Shown here piece after piece: positions 48,690-49,311 of a stretch of DNA of 49,311 nt. Under the pieces are notes generated by a model. It did not search any database. It was given only the letters and a program-made list of their open reading frames with translations, and was not told the DNA's origin. The stretch's first letter is position 1, and the number at the start of each line of letters is the position of its first letter. Origin of the DNA: Candidatus Nanoarchaeia archaeon (GTDB lineage Archaea > Nanobdellota > Nanobdellia > Woesearchaeales > ARS49); NCBI GenBank assembly GCA_035292785.1, contig DATDPK010000052.1:1-49311 (forward strand), given 5' to 3'. The position numbers and the translations under genes were made by a program.

Positions 48690-49311
48690 CAAATCACCGG
48701 AGTTTCCCTCAAAAAGGAAATATCGTGGCTAAACAAATTGCGAATATCCTTGAAACCGAGCTTGAACATGCCAATACGGTCAATGCCGAGGCCCCAAGCC
48801 AGCACGCTCACGTGCCTGCCGAGCAAAGGCTTAACAACCTCAGGACGGAAAATTCCAGCGCCACCAAGCTCAATCCAGCCAAGCTGAGGGTGCTTTGCAA
48901 ACAATTCAGCGCTGGGCTCTGTGAAAGGAAAGTAACCTGGAACAATGCGAATTTCTTTCGCATCTGCAAACTCGCGCGCAAACATCTCAAGCAAGCCAAC
49001 AAGATGACGGAAATTAAGGCCCTCCTCAACAATAATGCCCTCTGTCTGGTTGAAATCAGGCAAATGAGTTGCGTCAATAACATCGTGCCTGAACACACGC
49101 GTAATACCAAAATACTTTCCAGGAATCTTCAAATCAGGAGAGCTCAGCATTCGGGCGCTGCAGGCAGTGCCCTGAGTGCGCAGCAAATGACGATGAGTGC
49201 GCTGAACATCAAAATCATAACGCCAGCCAGCGCTTCCATCTCCGCCAGTCTCGTGCATAGCTTTCACGCGCTTGACAAGCTTCTCATCAAGCTTTCCAAA
49301 CTTAGGCTCCT
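48689..49311 (-). CDS. pheS: phenylalanyl-tRNA synthetase alpha subunit, C-terminal part (5' end beyond the window)
   Basis: The frame is open to the window edge; the track M at 49267 is an internal GTG. Class II motifs (LLRTQGTACSARML, FRHDVIDATHLPDFNQTEG, GWIELGGAGIFRPEV). Confidence 0.9.
   Translation of the reverse strand, partial: EPKFGKLDEKLVKRVKAMHETGGDGSAGWRYDFDVQRTHRHLLRTQGTACSARMLSSPDLKIPGKYFGITRVFRHDVIDATHLPDFNQTEGIIVEEGLNFRHLVGLLEMFAREFADAKEIRIVPGYFPFTEPSAELFAKHPQLGWIELGGAGIFRPEVVKPLLGRHVSVLAWGLGIDRIGMFKLGFKDIRNLFSHDISFLRETPVI

Noticed and set aside
1-49311. Searched by eye for CRISPR arrays, rRNA or tRNA genes, transposases or integrases, inverted terminal repeats and toxin-antitoxin pairs. 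Also considered a CPR-bacterial origin.
   Set aside because: No spaced direct-repeat arrays, no tRNA-like cloverleaf candidates in the short spacers, and no DDE, tyrosine or serine recombinase motifs in any ORF. Archaeal-specific markers (RadA/RadB, eL34, eL14, Rpp30, aMBF1, archaeal PheRS) rule out a bacterial origin. A computational tRNAscan/Infernal run would be needed to formally exclude small RNAs.

Overview
Compact archaeal chromosome segment. The archaeal call rests on RadA, RadB, RPA, aMBF1, ribosomal proteins uS2/eL34/eL14, RNase P Rpp30 and a two-subunit archaeal PheRS. Several bacterial-type genes (RsuA/RluB pseudouridine synthase, LigT) and the dense, overlap-rich gene packing suggest a small-genome uncultivated lineage, possibly DPANN-like; that is inference only. 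Almost every gene is on the minus strand. Internal genes are chained by ATGA, TGATG or TAATG overlaps, or by 10-30 nt overlaps, and are preceded by GGAGG/GGTG-like sites. First genes of transcription units have a TATA-like box centred about 26 nt upstream of the ATG, which suggests leaderless mRNAs. Several ORF-track N-termini begin at TTG or GTG; I re-called those starts at the ATG that fits the overlap or TATA geometry. Layout: (i) 1-9.1 kb is housekeeping: ValRS, a NIP7-like PUA protein, an NSUN m5C methylase, CysRS, an ABC-2 exporter and aMBF1. (ii) 9.1-16.0 kb is a five-gene envelope operon with three GT-C membrane glycosyltransferases (two look like short STT3/AglB relatives) and two paralogous CxxC-less thioredoxin-fold membrane proteins. 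(iii) 16.1-22.2 kb is information processing: RadB, uS2, LigT, a TRAM protein, RadA, a PC4-like small protein and RPA. (iv) 22.3-43.3 kb is the stand-out region. Two tightly coupled minus-strand operons hold 20 ORFs, of which 17 have class III (prepilin-like) signal-peptide N-termini. They include a ~1690-aa cysteine-rich type-I membrane adhesin-like protein. The operons are separated by a regulatory island (Lrp/AsnC, a membrane-anchored kinase-fold protein, AbrB-PhoU). No pilus ATPase, platform protein or prepilin peptidase is present in the window. (v) 43.3-49.3 kb holds Rpp30, a pseudouridine synthase, a truncated ThiI-like protein coupled to a cysteine desulfurase, eL34, eL14 and PheRS beta/alpha (alpha runs off the window). 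I recognised no rRNA, tRNA, CRISPR array or mobile element.
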